The notes beneath the pieces were generated by a model. The model did not search any database, was not told the DNA's origin, and saw only the letters and a program-made list of their open reading frames with translations. A stretch of 64,000 bases of DNA, from NCBI RefSeq assembly GCF_009914755.1, contig NC_060930.1; one strand, 5' to 3'. The first letter of the stretch is position 1, and each line of letters opens with the position of its first letter. Positions 30,055 through 44,500 of the stretch are shown here, in pieces. The translations under genes and the position numbers were made by a program. Source of the stretch: the human T2T-CHM13v2.0 reference genome, Homo sapiens.

Positions 30055-33000
30055 TTTCATCATATAAAACTTGACAGGAGAATTCTCAGAAACTTCTTTG
30101 TGATGTGTGCATTCAACTCACAGAGTTGAACCTTCCTTTCAAAAGAGCAGTTTTGAAATACTCTTTTTGTAGAATTTCCAAGTGGATATTTAGAGCGGTT
30201 CGAGGCCTATGGTAGAAAACGATATATCTTCATAGAAAAACTAGACAGAACTATTCTCAGAAACTACTTTGTGATGTGTGCATTCAGCTTACAGAGTTTA
30301 ACCTTTCTTTTGATAGACCAGTTTTGAAACACTCTTTTGGTAGAATTTGAAATTGTATATTTACAGCCCTTTGAGGCCTATGGTAGAAAAAGAATATCTT
30401 CACATAAAAACTAGACAGAAACATTGTCAGAAACTACTTTATGATATTGGAATTCAACTCACAGATTTGAACATTGCTATTCATAGAGCAGTTTTGAAAC
30501 CCTCTTTTTGCAGTATCTGCAAGATGATATTTGGACCTCTTTGTGGCCTTCATGTAAAACGTGATTTGTTCATACAAAACTAGAGAGAAGGATTCTCAGA
30601 AACTTCTTTGTGATGTGGCCTTTTAACTCACAGTGTTGTACCTTCCTTTTGATAGATTAGTTTTGAAACTTCCTTTTGTAGAATTTTCAATTGGATATTA
30701 AGCGCTGTTTGAGGCCTATGTTAGAAAAGGCAATATCTTCATAGAAAAACTAGATAGAATGATTCACAGAAACTACTTTGTGATGTGTGCATTCAATTCA
30801 CAGAGTTTAACCTTTCTTTTGATAGAGCAGTTTTGAAACACTCTTTTTGTAGAATCTGTAAGTGAATATTTGGACTTTTTTGAAAACATCGTTGGAAACG
30901 GGATTTCTTCATATAAAACTTGACAGAAGAATTCTCAGAAACTTCTTTGTGATGTGTGCATTCAACTCACAGAGTTGAACCTTCATTTTGATAGAGCAGT
31001 TTTGCAATACTCTTTTTGTAGAATTTCCAAGTGGATATTTAGAGCGGTTCGATGCCTATGGGAGAAAAGGAAATATCTTCATAGAAAAACTAGACAGAAT
31101 CTTTCTCAGAAATTACTTTGTGATGTTTGCATTCAGCTTACACAGTTTAACCTTTCTTTCCAAAGAGCAGTTTTGAAACACTGTTTTTTGGAATTTGCAA
31201 GTGTATATTTAGGGTGCTTTTAGGCCTATGGTAGAAAAGGAAATATCTTCATATACAAACTAGACAGAAGCATTGTCAGAAACTACTTTGTGATATTGGC
31301 ATTCAACTCATAGAGTTGAATATTCCCATTGATAGAGCAGTTTTGAAACACTCTTTTTGTAGAATCAGCAAGTGTATATTTGGACTTCTTTTTGGCCTTC
31401 GTTTGAAACGTGATTTCTTCATATAAAACGACACAGAAGAATTCTCAGTAACTTCTTTGTGATGTGGCCTTTTAACTGACAGAGTTGAACCTTCCTTTTG
31501 ATAGATTAGATTTGAAACTTCCTTTTGTAGAACTTCCAAGTGGATATTAAGCGCCGTTTGAGGCCTATTGTTGAAAAGGCAATATCTTCACAGAAAAACT
31601 AGACAAAATGATTCTCTGAAACTACTTTGTGCATGTGCGTTCAACACAGAGTTTAACCTTTCTTTTGATAGAGCAGTTTTGAACAATCTTTTTGTAGAAT
31701 CTGCAAGTGAATATTTGGACTTTTTTGAGGCCTTCGTTGGAAACGGAATTTCTTCATATAAAACTTGACAGAAGAATTCTCAGAAACTACTTTGTGATGT
31801 GTGCATTCAACTCACAGAGTTGAAGCTTCCTTTGATAGAGCAGTATTGATACTCTCTTTATGAAGTATTTCAAGTGGATATTTACCACAGTTTGAGGCCT
31901 TTATTAGAAAAGGCAATATCTTTATAGAAAAACTAGACAGAGTGATTCTCGGAAACAACTTTGTGATGTGTGCATTCAACTCACAGAGTTTAACATTTCT
32001 TTTGATAGAGCAGTTTTGAAAAATTCTTTTTGTAGAATCTGCAAGTGAATATTTGGACTTTTTTGAGGCCTTCGTTGGAAAAGGGATTTCTTCATACAAA
32101 ACGTGACAGAAAAATTCTCAGAATCTTCTTTGTGATGTGTGCATTCAACTCACAGTGTTCAACCTTCCTTTTGATAGAGCAGTTTTGAAATACTCTTTTT
32201 GGAGAGTTTCCAAGTGTATATTAAGAGCGGTTCAAGGCCTATGGTAGAAAAGGAAATATCTTCATAGAAAAACTAGACAGAATCATTCTCAGAAACTACT
32301 TTGTGGTGTGTGCATTCAGCTTGCCGAGTTTAACCTTCCTTTGGATAGAGCAGTTTTGAAACTCTCTTTTTGTGGTATTTGCAAGTGTATATTTAAAGCG
32401 CTATGAGGCCTACAATAGAAAAACAAATATCATCACATAAAAACTAGACAGAAGCATTGTCAGAAACTACTTTGTGATATTTGCATTCATCTCACGGAGT
32501 TGAACATTCCACTTGATACAGCAGTTTTGAAACACAATTTTTGAACAATCTGCAAGTGGATATTTGGACCTCTTTGTGGCCTTCGTTTGAAACGTGATTT
32601 CTTCATATAAAGCTAGACAGAAGAATTCTCAGAAACTTCTTTGGGATGTGTGCTTTCAACTCATAGTGTTGAACTTTCCTTCCAATAGAGGAGGTTTGAT
32701 ACCCTCTTTTTGTTGAAATTCCAAGTGGATATTTAGCGCTGTAAGAGGCCTATGGTAGAAAAGGCAATATCTTCATAGAAAAACTAGACAGAATGATTCT
32801 CAGAAACTAATTTGTGATGTGTGCGTTCAACTCACTGAGTTTAACCTTTCTTTTGATAGAGCAGTTTTGAAACACTCTTTTTGTAGAATCTGCAAATGAA
32901 TATTTAGACTTTCTTGAGGGCTTCGTTGGAAGGGATTTCTATATATAAAACTTGACAGAAGAATTCTCAGAAACTTCTTTGTGTTGTGTGTATTCTACTC

Positions 33001-36000
33001 GCAGAGTTGAACATTCCTTTCCACAGAGCAGTTTTGAAATACTCTTTTTGTAGAATTTCCAAGTGGATATTAAGAGCGGTTCGATGCATATGGTAGAAAT
33101 GGAAATATCTTCATAGAAAAACTAGACAGAATCATTCTCAGAAATTACTTTGTGATGTGTGCATTCAGCTTACAGAGTTTAACCTTTCTTTTGATAGAGC
33201 AGTTTGAAACCCTCTTTTTGTGGAATTTGCAAGTGTCTATTTAGAGCGCTGTGAGGCCTATGGTAGAAAAGCAAATATCACATAAAAACTAGACAGAAGT
33301 ATTGTCAGAAACTTCTTGTGATATTTGCATTCATCTCACGGAATTGAACATTCCACTTGATAGAGCTGTTTTGAAACACTCTTTTTGTACTATCTGCAAG
33401 TGGATATTTGGACCTCCTTGGGTCCATGATTTCCTACGCGATTTCTACATATAAAACTAGACAGAAGAATTCTTAAAAACTTCTTTGTGATGTGTGCTTT
33501 CCACTCACAGAGTTGAACCTTCCTTTGGATTGGGGAGTTTTGAGACTCTCTTTTTGTAGGATTTCCAAGTGGATATTAAGTGCGGTTTGAGGCCCATGTT
33601 AGAAAAGGAAATATCTTCAAAAATACTAGACAGAATGATTCTCAGAAACTACTTTGTGATGTGTGCGTTCAACTCACAGAATTTAAACTTTCTTTTGATA
33701 GATCAGTTTTGAAACACACTTTTTGTAGAATCTGCAAGTGAATATTTGGACTTCTTTAAGGCCTTCTTTGGAAACGGGATTTCTTCATATAAAAGTTGAC
33801 AGAAGAATTCTCAGAAACTTATTTGTGATGTGTGCTTTCAACTCACAGATTTGAAACTTCCTTTCGATAGAGCAGTTTGGAAATACTCCTTTTGTAGGAT
33901 TTTCAAGTGGATATTTAGAGCGGTTCGAGGCCTATTGTGGAAAAGGAAATATCTTCATAGAAAAACTAGACAGAATCATTCTCAGAATCTACTTTGTGAT
34001 GTGTGCATTCAGCTTACAGTGTTTAACCTTTCTTTTGATAGAGCAGTTATGAAACACTCTTTTTGTGGTATTTGCAAGTGTATATTTAGAGCGCTTTGAG
34101 TCCCACGGTAGAAAAGGAAATATCTTCCCATAAAAACTAGACAGCAGCATTGTCAGAAAGTATTTTGAGATATTTGCATTCAAATCACAGAGTTGAACAT
34201 TCCTCTTGATAGAGCAGTTTTGAAACACTCTTTGTAGGATCTGCAAGTGGATATTTGGACCTCTTTGTGGCCTTCGTTTGAAACGTGATTTCTTCATATA
34301 AAACTAGACTGAAGAATTCTCAGAAACTTCTTTGTGATGTGTGCTTTCAACTCACAGAGTTGAAACTTCCTTTCGATAGACCAGATTCGAGACTCTCTTT
34401 TTGTGGAATTTCCAAGTAGATACTTAGCGCCGTTTAAGGCCTATGGTAGAAAAGGAAATATCTTCATAGAAAACTAGACAGAATGATTTTCAGAACCTAC
34501 TTTGTGATGTGTGCGTTCAACACACAGAGTTTAGCGCTTCTATTGATAGAGCAGTTTTGAAACACTCTTTTTGTATATTATGCAAGTGAATATTTGGACT
34601 TGTTTGAGGCCTTCCTTGGAAACGGGATTTATTCATATAAAACTAGACACAAGAATTCTCAGAAACTTCTTTGTGATGTGTGCTTTCAACTCACAGTGTT
34701 GAAGCTTCTTTTCGATACAGCAGTTTTGAAATACTCTTTTTGTTGAATTTCCAAGTGCATATTTTTAACCTTTCATGACCTATGGTAGAAAAGGAAATAT
34801 CTTCTTAGAAAAACTAGACAGAATCATTCTCAGAAACTACTTTGTGATGCTTGCTTTCAGCTTACGGAGTTTAACCTTTCTTTTGATAGATAAGTTTGGA
34901 AACACTCTTTTTGTGGAATTTGCAAGTGTATATTTAGAACACTTTGAGGCCTACGTTAGAAAAAGAAATATCTTCACAAAAAAACAAGACAGATGCACTA
35001 TCAAAACCTACTTTGAGATATATGCATTCAACTCACACACTTGAACACTAATCTTGATAGAGCAGTTTTGATACACTCTTCTTGTAGAATCTGCAAGTGG
35101 ATACTTGGACCTCTTTGTGGCTTTCTTTTGAAACGTGATTTCTTCATATAAAACTTGATAGAAGAATTCTCAGAAACTTCTTTGTGATGTGTGCTTTCAA
35201 CTCACAGAGTTGAACCTTCCTTTTGATAGAGCAGATTCGAGACTCTCTTTTTGTAGGATTTCCAAGTAGATGTTTAGCGCCGTTTGAGGCCTACGGTAGA
35301 AAAGGCAATATCTTCAGAGAAAAAGTAGACAGAATGATTCTCAGAAACTACCTTGTGATGAGTGCGTTAAACTCACAGAGTTTAACCTTTCTTTGATAGA
35401 GCAGTATTAAAACATTCTTTTTGTACAATCTGCAAGTAAATATTAGGACTTTTTTAAGTCCTTTGTAGGAAATGGGATTTCTTCATATAAAGGTAGACAG
35501 AATAACTCTCAGAAACTACTTTGTTATGTGTGCATCCAACTCACAGAGTTTAACTTTTCTTTTGATAGAACAGTTTTCAAACACCCTTTTGGAGAATCTG
35601 CAAGTGAATATTTGGACTTTTTTTGAGGCCTTTGTTGGAAAAGGGATTTCTTCATATAAAAGTTGACAGAAGAATTCTCAAAAACTACTTTGTGATGTGT
35701 GCATTCCACTCACAGAGTTCAACCTTCCTTTACATAGAGCGGTTTTGAAATACTCTATTTGTAGAATTTCCAAGTGGATATTTAGAGCGGTTCGAGGCCT
35801 ATGGTAGAAAACGAAATATCTTCATAGAAAAACAAGACAGAATCATTCTCAGAAACTGCTTTGCGATGCCTGCATTCAGCTTACAGTGCTTAACCTTTCT
35901 TTTGACAGAGCTGTTTTGAAACACTCTTTTTGTGGTATTTGCAATTGTATATTTAGAGCGCTTTGAGGCCTACGGTAGAAAAGGAAATGAATTCACATAA

Positions 36001-39000
36001 AAACTAGACAGAAGCATTGTTAGAAACTGCTTTGTCATATTTGCATTCAACTCACAGAGTTGAAATTTCCTCTTAATAGAGAAGTTTTGAAACACTCTTT
36101 ATGTAGAATCTGCAAGTGGATATGTGGACCTCTTTTTGACATTCTTTTGACACGTGATTTTTTCATATAAAACTAGACAGAAGAATTATCAGAAACTTCT
36201 ATGTGATGTGTGCTTTCAATTCACAGATTTGAACCTTCCTTTCGATAGAGCAGTTTTTAAACTCTCTTTTTGCAGTATTTCCAAATGGATATTTAGCACC
36301 ATTTGAGTCCTAAGGTAGAAAAGGCAATATTATCATATAAAATCTAGACAGAATGATTCTCAGAAACAACTCTGTGAGGTGCGCGTTGAACTCACAGAGT
36401 TTAACCTTTCTTTTGCTAGAGTAGTTTTGAAAAACCCTTTTTATAGAATCTGCAAGTAAATATTTGGACTTTTCTGGGCATTCTTTGGAAACGGGATTTC
36501 TTCACATAAAACTTGACAGAAGAATACTCAGAAACGTCTTTGTGATGTGTGCATTCAACTCACAGAGTTGAACTTTTCTTTCGATAGAGCAGCTTTGATA
36601 TATTCTTTCTGTAGAATTTCCAAGTGGATATTTAGAGCGGTTCGAGGCATATGGTAGAAAAGGATATATCTTCATAGAAAAACTAGACAGAATCCTTCTC
36701 AGAAACTACTTTGCGATGTGTGCATTCAGCTTACAGAGTTTAACCTTTTTTTTGATAGAGAAGTTTGGAAACACTCTTTTTGTGGAATTTGCAAATGTAT
36801 ATTTTCATCACTTTGAGGCCTACAGTAGAAAAGGAAATATCTTCACATAAGAACTAGACAGACGCATTGTCAGAAAGTGCTTTGGGATATTCGCATTCAA
36901 CTCAGAGTTGAACAGTCCTCTTGATAGAGCAGTTTTGAAACACTCTTTTCGTAGAATCTGCAAGTGGTTATTTGGTCCTCTTTGTGGTCTTCGTTTGATA
37001 CGTGATGTCTTCATATAAAACTAGACAATGATTTCTCATAAATTTCTTTGTGATGTGTGCTTTCATCTCACAGTGCTGAATTTTCCTTTCTATAGAGCAG
37101 TTTCGAGACTCTCTTTTTGCAGAATTTCCAAGTTAATATTTAGCGCCATTTGAGTCCTATGGTAGAAAAGGCAATATCTTCATTGAAAAACTAGAGAGAA
37201 TTATTTTCAGAAACTACTTTGTGATGTTTGTGTTCAACTCACAGAGTTTAATCTTTCTTTTGATACAGCGGTTTTGAAACACTCTTTTTGAAAGATCTGC
37301 AAGTGAACATTTGGACTTCTTTGAGTCCTTCATTAGAAACGGTGTTTCTTCATATAAAACTTGACAGAAAAATTCTCAGAAACTTCTTCGTGATGTGTGC
37401 ATTCAACTCACAGAACTGAACCTTCCTTTAGATAGAGAAGTTTTGAAATACTCTTTTTGTAGATTTTCCAAGTCAATATTTAGAGTGATTCGAGGCCTCG
37501 GGTAGAAAAAGTAATATCTTCATAGAAAAACTAGACAGAATCATTCTCAGAAACTAATTTGTGATGGGTGCATTCAGATTGCAGAATTTAACCTTTGTTT
37601 TGTTAGAGCAGTTTTGAAATTCTCTTTTTATGGAATTTGCAAGTGTATATTTAGAGTGCTTTGAGGCCTACGGTAGAGAAGGAAATATCTTCACATAAAA
37701 ACTAGACAGAACCAATGTCAGAAACTACTTTGTGATATTTGCATTCAACTCACAGAGTTGAACATTCCTCTTGATAGAGCAGTTTTGAAAAACACTTTTT
37801 GAAGAATCTTCAAGTGGATATTTTAACCTCTTTGTGGCCTTTGTTTGAAACGTGATTGCTTCATATAAAATTATACAGAATTCTCAGAAACTTCTTTGTG
37901 ATGTGTCCTCTCAATTCACAGGGTTGAATCTTCATTTCAATGGAGCAGTTTTTAAACTCTCTTTTGGGAGAATTTCCAAGTGGATATTTAGAGACGTTTG
38001 AGGCCTATGGTAGAAAGGGAAATATCTTCATAGAAAAACTAAGCAGAATCATTCTCAGAAACTACGTTGAGATGCGTGCCTTCAGTTTACGGAGTTTAAC
38101 ATTTCTTTTGATAGAGCAGTTTTGAAACAATCTTTTTGTGGGATGAGCAAGTGTATATTTAGAGCGCTTTGAGGCTTACAGTAGAAAAAGAAATATCTTC
38201 ACATAAAAACTAGGCAGAAGCATTGTCAGAAACTTCTTTGTGATATTTGCCTTCAACTCACAGAGTTGAGCATTCCTCTTATTAGAGCAGTTTAGAAACA
38301 CTCAATTTGTGGAATATGCAAGTGGATATTTGGACCTCTTTGTGGTCTTCGTTTGAAATGTAGTTTCTTCATAGAAACTAGACAGAAGAATTCTCAGAAA
38401 CTTCTTTGTGATGTGTGTGTTCAACTCAGTGAGATGAACCTTTCTATAGAGCAATTAAAAAACTCTCCTTTTGTATAATTTCCAAGTGGATATTTACCGC
38501 CCTTTGAGTCCTACGGTAGAAAAAGAAATATCGTTATAGAAAAACTAGACAGAATCATTCTGAGAAACTGCTTTGTGACGTGTGCATTCAGGTTACAGGG
38601 TTTAACCCTTCTTTTGATGGACCAGTTTTGAAGCACTCTTTTTGTGGAAATTGCAAGTGTATATTTATAGCGCTTTGAGGCCTGCGTTAGAAAAGGAAAT
38701 ATCTTCACATAAAAACTAGACAGAAGCATTGTCAGAAACTACTTTCTGATATTTGCATTCAACTCACAGAGTTGAACATTCCTCTTATTAGAGTAGTTTT
38801 GAAACACTCTTTTCGTAGAATCTGCAAGTGGATATTTGGACCTCTTTGTGGCCTTCGACTGAAACGTGATTTCTTCATATAAAACTTGATAGAAGAATTC
38901 TCAGAAACTTATTTGTGATGTGTGCTTTCAACTCCCAGAGTTGAAACTTCCTTTCGATAGAGCAGTTTTAACACTCTCTTTTTGTAGAATTTCCAAGTGA

Positions 39001-41559
39001 ATATTTAGCGCCGTTTGAGGCCTGTGGTATAAAAGGCAATATCTTCATAGAAAAATTAGACAGAATGATTCTCAGAAACTACTTTGGGATATGTGCATTC
39101 AACTCACAGAGTTTAACCTTTCTTTTGATAGAGCAGGTTTGAAACACTCTTTTTGTAGGATCTGCAAGTGAATATTTGGACTTTTTTGAGGCCTTCTTTG
39201 GAAACGGGATTTCTTCATATAAAACTTGACAGAAGAGTTCTCAGGAATTTCTCTGTGTTGTGTGCATTCATCTCACAGAGTTGAACCTTCCTTTCTTTAA
39301 AGCAGTTTTGAAATACTCGTTTTGTATAATTTCCAAGTGGATATTTAGAGCAGTTCGAGGACTATGGTAGAAAAGGAAATATCTTCATAGAAAAACTAGA
39401 CAGAATCATTCCCAGAAACAACTTTGTGATATGTGCATTTAGTTTACAGAGTTTAATATTTCTTTTTGATAGAGCTGTTTTGAAACCCCCTTTTTGTGGA
39501 ATTTGGAAGTGTATAATTATAGCGCTTTGAGGCCTATGGTACAAAAGGAAATATCTTCACATAAAAAATAGGGAGAAACATTGTGAGAAACTACTGTGAG
39601 ATATTTGCATTCAACTCACAGAGTTGAACATTCCTCTTGATAGAGAAGTTTTGAAACACTCTTCTTGTAGAATCTGCAAGTGGATGTTTTGACCTGTTTG
39701 TGGTCTTCTTTTGAAACGGGATTTCTTCATATAAAAATAGGCTGAAGAATTCTCAGAGACTTCTTTGTGATGTGAGCTTTCAACTCACACAGTTGAAACT
39801 TCCTTTCCATAGAGCAGTCTTGAAACTCTCTTTTTGTAGAATTTCCAATTGGTTATTTAGCACCGTTTGAGTCCTATGGCAGGAAAGGCAGTATCTTCAT
39901 ATAAAAACCAGACAGAATGATTCTCAGAAACTACTTTGCAATGTGTGCATTCAACTCACAGAGTTTAACCTTTCTGTTGATAGAGAAGTTTTGAAACACT
40001 CTATTTGGAGGGTCTGCTAGTGAATATTTGTACTTTTTTGAGGCCTTCTTTGGAAACGGGATTTCTTCATATAAAACTTGACAGAAGAATTCTCAGAAAC
40101 TTCTTTGTGATGTGTGCTTTCAACTCACAGAGTTGAACCTACCTTTCGATGGAGCAGTTTTGAAATACTTTTTTTGTAGAATTTCCAAGTGGATATTTAG
40201 AGTGGTTCGAGGCCTATATTAGAAAAGGAAATATCTTCTTAGAAAAACTACACAGAATCATTCTCAGAAACTACTTTGTAATGTGTGCATTCAGCTTACA
40301 GTGTTTTAACTTTCTTTTGATAGAGCGGTTTTGAAATCCCCTTTTTGTGGAATTTGTAAGTGTATATTTAGAACGCTTTTAGGCCTATGGTAGAAAAGGA
40401 AATATCTTCACATAAAAACCAGACAGAATCATTGTCAGAAACTACTTTGTGATATTTTTATTAAACTCACGGAGTTGAACATTCCCTTTGATAGAGCAGT
40501 TTTGAAACACTCTTTTGTAGAATCTTCAAGTGGATATTTGGACTTCTTTGATGCCTTCCTTTGAAACGTGATTTCTTCATATAAAACTAGACAGAAGAAT
40601 TCTCAGAAACTTCTATGTGATGTGTGCTTTCAACTCACAGAGTTGAACCTTATATTCGATAGAGCAGTTATGTGACTCTCTTTTTTAGAATTTCCAAGTG
40701 GGTATTTAGTGCAGTGTGAGGCCTAAGGGAGAAAAAGGAATATCTTCATTAAAAACTAGGCAGAATGATTCTCAGAAACTACTTTGTGATGTGAGCATTC
40801 AGCTTGCTGTGTTTAACCTTTCTTTTGATAGAGCTGTTTTGAAACACTCTTTTTCTCGGATTTGTAAGTGTATATATATAGCGCTTTGAAGCCTACTTTA
40901 GAAAAGGAAATATCTTCACATAAAAATTTGACAGAAGCATTGTCAGAAACTACATTGCGATATTTGCATTCAACTCACAGAGTTGAGCATTCCTCTTGAT
41001 AGAGCAGTTTTGAAACACTCATTTGTAGAATTTGCAAGTGGTTATTTGGACCTCTTTGCGGCTTTCGTTTGAAATGTGATTTCTTCATATAAAACTAGAC
41101 TGAAGAATTCTCAGAAACTTCTCTGCATCGTGTGTTTTCAACTCACAGAGATGGACTTTCCTTTTGAAAGAGCAGTTTTGAGACTCTGTTTTTGAAGCAT
41201 TTCCAAGTGGATATTTAGCACTGTTTGAGGCCTAATGTAGAAAAGGCAATATCTTCATAGAAAAACTAGACAGAATGATTCTCATTAACTACTTTGTGTT
41301 GCGGTGATCAACTCACAGACTTAAACTTTTCTTTTGATAGAGCAGTGTTGAAACACTCTGTTTGTAGAATCTGCAAGTGAATATTTGGACTTTTTTGAGG
41401 CCTTCGTTGGAAATGGGATTTCTTCATATAAAACTTGACAGAAGAATTCTCAGAAACTTCTTTGTGATGTGTGCATTTAACTCACGGAGTTGAACCTTCC
41501 TTTTCATATAGCAGTTTTGAAATATTCCTTTTGTAGAATTTTCAAGTCGATATTTAGAG

Positions 41560-44500
41560 AGTTTCGAGGCCAAAGGTGGAAAAGGAAATATCTTCGCCTA
41601 AAAACTAGACAGAAACATTCTCAGAAACTACTTTGTGATGTCTGCATTCAACTCACAGAGTTTAACCTTTCATTTGACAGAGCAGTTTTGAAACACTCTT
41701 TTTCTACTGTTTGCATGTGAATATTTAGAGTGCTTTGATGCCTATGTTTGAAATGGAATATCTTCACATAAAAACTAGACAGAAGCATTCTCAGAAACTG
41801 CTTTGTGATGTTTGCATTCAACTCACAGGGTTGAACATTCCAGTTGATAGAGCAGTTTTGAAACACTCGAGGGAAGAAGTCTCAGAAACTTCTTTGTCAT
41901 GAGTGCATTCAACTCACAGAGTCGAACCTTCTGTTCGATAGAGCAGTTTTGAAACACTCTTTTTGTAGAATTTGCAAGTGGATATTTAGAACGTTTTGAG
42001 GCCTATTGCAGAAAAGGAAATACCTTCATAGAAAAACTAGACACAATCATTCTCAGAAACTACTTTTTGATGTGTGGGTTCAACTCACAGAGTTTTACCT
42101 TTCTTTTGATAGACTAGTTTTGAAACAGTCTTTTTGTAGAATTTGCAAGTGTATATTTAGAGTGCTTTGAAGCCAACGGTAGAAACGGAAATATCTTCAT
42201 ATAAAAACTAGACGGAAGCATTCTCAGAAAGTACTTGTGATATTTGCATTCAATTCACAGAGTTGAACATTTCTGTTGATAGAGCAGTTTTGAAACACGC
42301 TTTTTGTAGAGTCTGCAAGTGGATATTTGGACCTCTTTGAGGCCATCGTTGGTAACGGGATTTCTTCATATAAAAAAGAGAGAAGATTTCAAAGAAACTA
42401 CTTTGTGATTTGTGCGTTCACCTTCCAGAGTTTTAAATTTCTGTTGATAGAGCAGCTTTGAAACACTCTTTTTCTGGAATGTGCAAGTGTATATTTAGTG
42501 CACTTTGAGGCCTCTGGTAAAAAAGGGAATATCTTCACATAAAAACTAGACGGAAGCATTCTCGGAAACTACTTTGTGATGTTTGCATTCAACCCACAGA
42601 GTTGAACATTCCTCCTGATAGGGCAGTTTTGAAAAACTATTTTTGTAGAATCTGCAAGTGGACATTTGGACCTCTTTGAGGCCTTCGTTGGAAATGGGAA
42701 TTCTTCATATAAACAAGACAGTAGAATTCTGAGAAACTACGTTGTGATGTGTGCGTTCCACTCACAGAGTTTAATCTTGGTTTCGATGGAGCAGTTTGGA
42801 AACACTCTTTTTGTTGAATTTGCGAGTGTATTTTTAGAGCGCTTTGAGGCCTATGGTAGAAAAGGAAATATCTTCACATAAAAACTAGACAGAAGCATTC
42901 TCAGAAACTAGTTTGTGATGTTTGCATTCATTTCACAGAAATGAATATTCCTCTTGATAGGGTAGTTTGGAAAAAACTCTTTTTGTACAATCTGCAAGTG
43001 CAAATTTGGACCTCTTTGAGGGTATTGTTGGAAATTGGATTTCTTCATATAAAACTTGACAGAAGAATTCGCAGAAAGTTCTTTGTGAAGTGTGCATTCA
43101 TCCCACAGAGTTGAACCTTCCTTTCGATAGAGCAGTTTTGAAACACTCTTTTTGTAGAATTTCCAAGTGGATATTTAGAGAGTTTTGAGGCCCATGGTAG
43201 AAAAAGAAATATCTTCATAAAAAAACTCGACAGAATCATTCTCAGAAACTACTTTTTGATGTGTGGTTTCAACTCACAATATTTAACTTTTCTTTTGATA
43301 GAGTAGATTTGAAACACAATTTTTGTAGTATTTGCAAATGAGTATTTAGAGTGTTTTAGGTCAACGGTAGAAAAGGAAATATCTTCATATAAAAACTGGA
43401 CAGAAGCATTCTCAGAAACTACTTGCGATGTTTTCATTCAACTCACAGATTTGAACATTCATCTTGATAGAGCCGTTTTGAAACACTCTTTTTGTATTAT
43501 CTGTAAGTGGATATTTTGAGCTCTTTGAGGCTTTCGTTTTAAACTGGGTTTCTTCATACAAAACTAGATAGAAGAATTCTCAGAAACTTCTTTGAGATGT
43601 GTGCATTGAACTCACAGTATTGAACCTTCCTTTCTATACATCAGTATTGAAAAACTCTTTTTGTAGAATTTCCAATTTAGAGCGTTTTGAGGCCTGCAGT
43701 ACAAAAGGAAATATCTTCATAGAACAACTGGAAAGAATCTTTCTCAGAAACTACTATGTGATGTACGCATTCAACTCACAGCGTTTAACCTTCCTTTTGA
43801 TAAAGCAGATTTGAAACACTCTTTTTGTAGAATTTTCATGTCTATATTTAGAGTGCTTTGAGGCCTAAGTTAGGAAAGGAAACGTTCGCATAAATCTAGA
43901 CAGAAGCATTCTCAGAAACTACTTTGTGATGTTTGCATTAAACACAGAGAGTTGAACATTCCTCTTCATAGGGTATTTTTGAAACACTGTTTTTGTGGAT
44001 TCTGCAAGTGGACATTTGGTCCTCTTTGAGGCCTTCGTTGCAAATGAGAATTCTTCATATAAACAAGACAGAAGAATTCTCAGAAACTACTTAGTGATGT
44101 GTGCGTTCAACCCACAGAGTTTAACCTTCGTTTCGATAGAGCTGTTTGGAAACAGTCATTTTGTAGACTTTCGAAGTGTAAATTTAGAGCGCTTGGAGGC
44201 CTATGGTAGAAGAGGAAATAGCTTCAAAGAAAAACTAGACAGAATCATTCTCAGAATCTACTTTTTGATGTGTGCATTCAACTCAAAGATTTTAACATTT
44301 CTGTTGATAGAGCAGTTTTGAAACACTCTTTTGGTACAATTTGCAAGTGTATACTAAGAGTGCTTTGAGGCCTAAGGTAGAAAAGGAAATATCTTCACAG
44401 AAAAACTAGACAGAAGCATTCTCAGAAACTATTTTGTGATGTTTGCATTCAACTCACAGAGTTGAACATTCCTCTTGAGAGAGCAGTATTGAAACACAAT

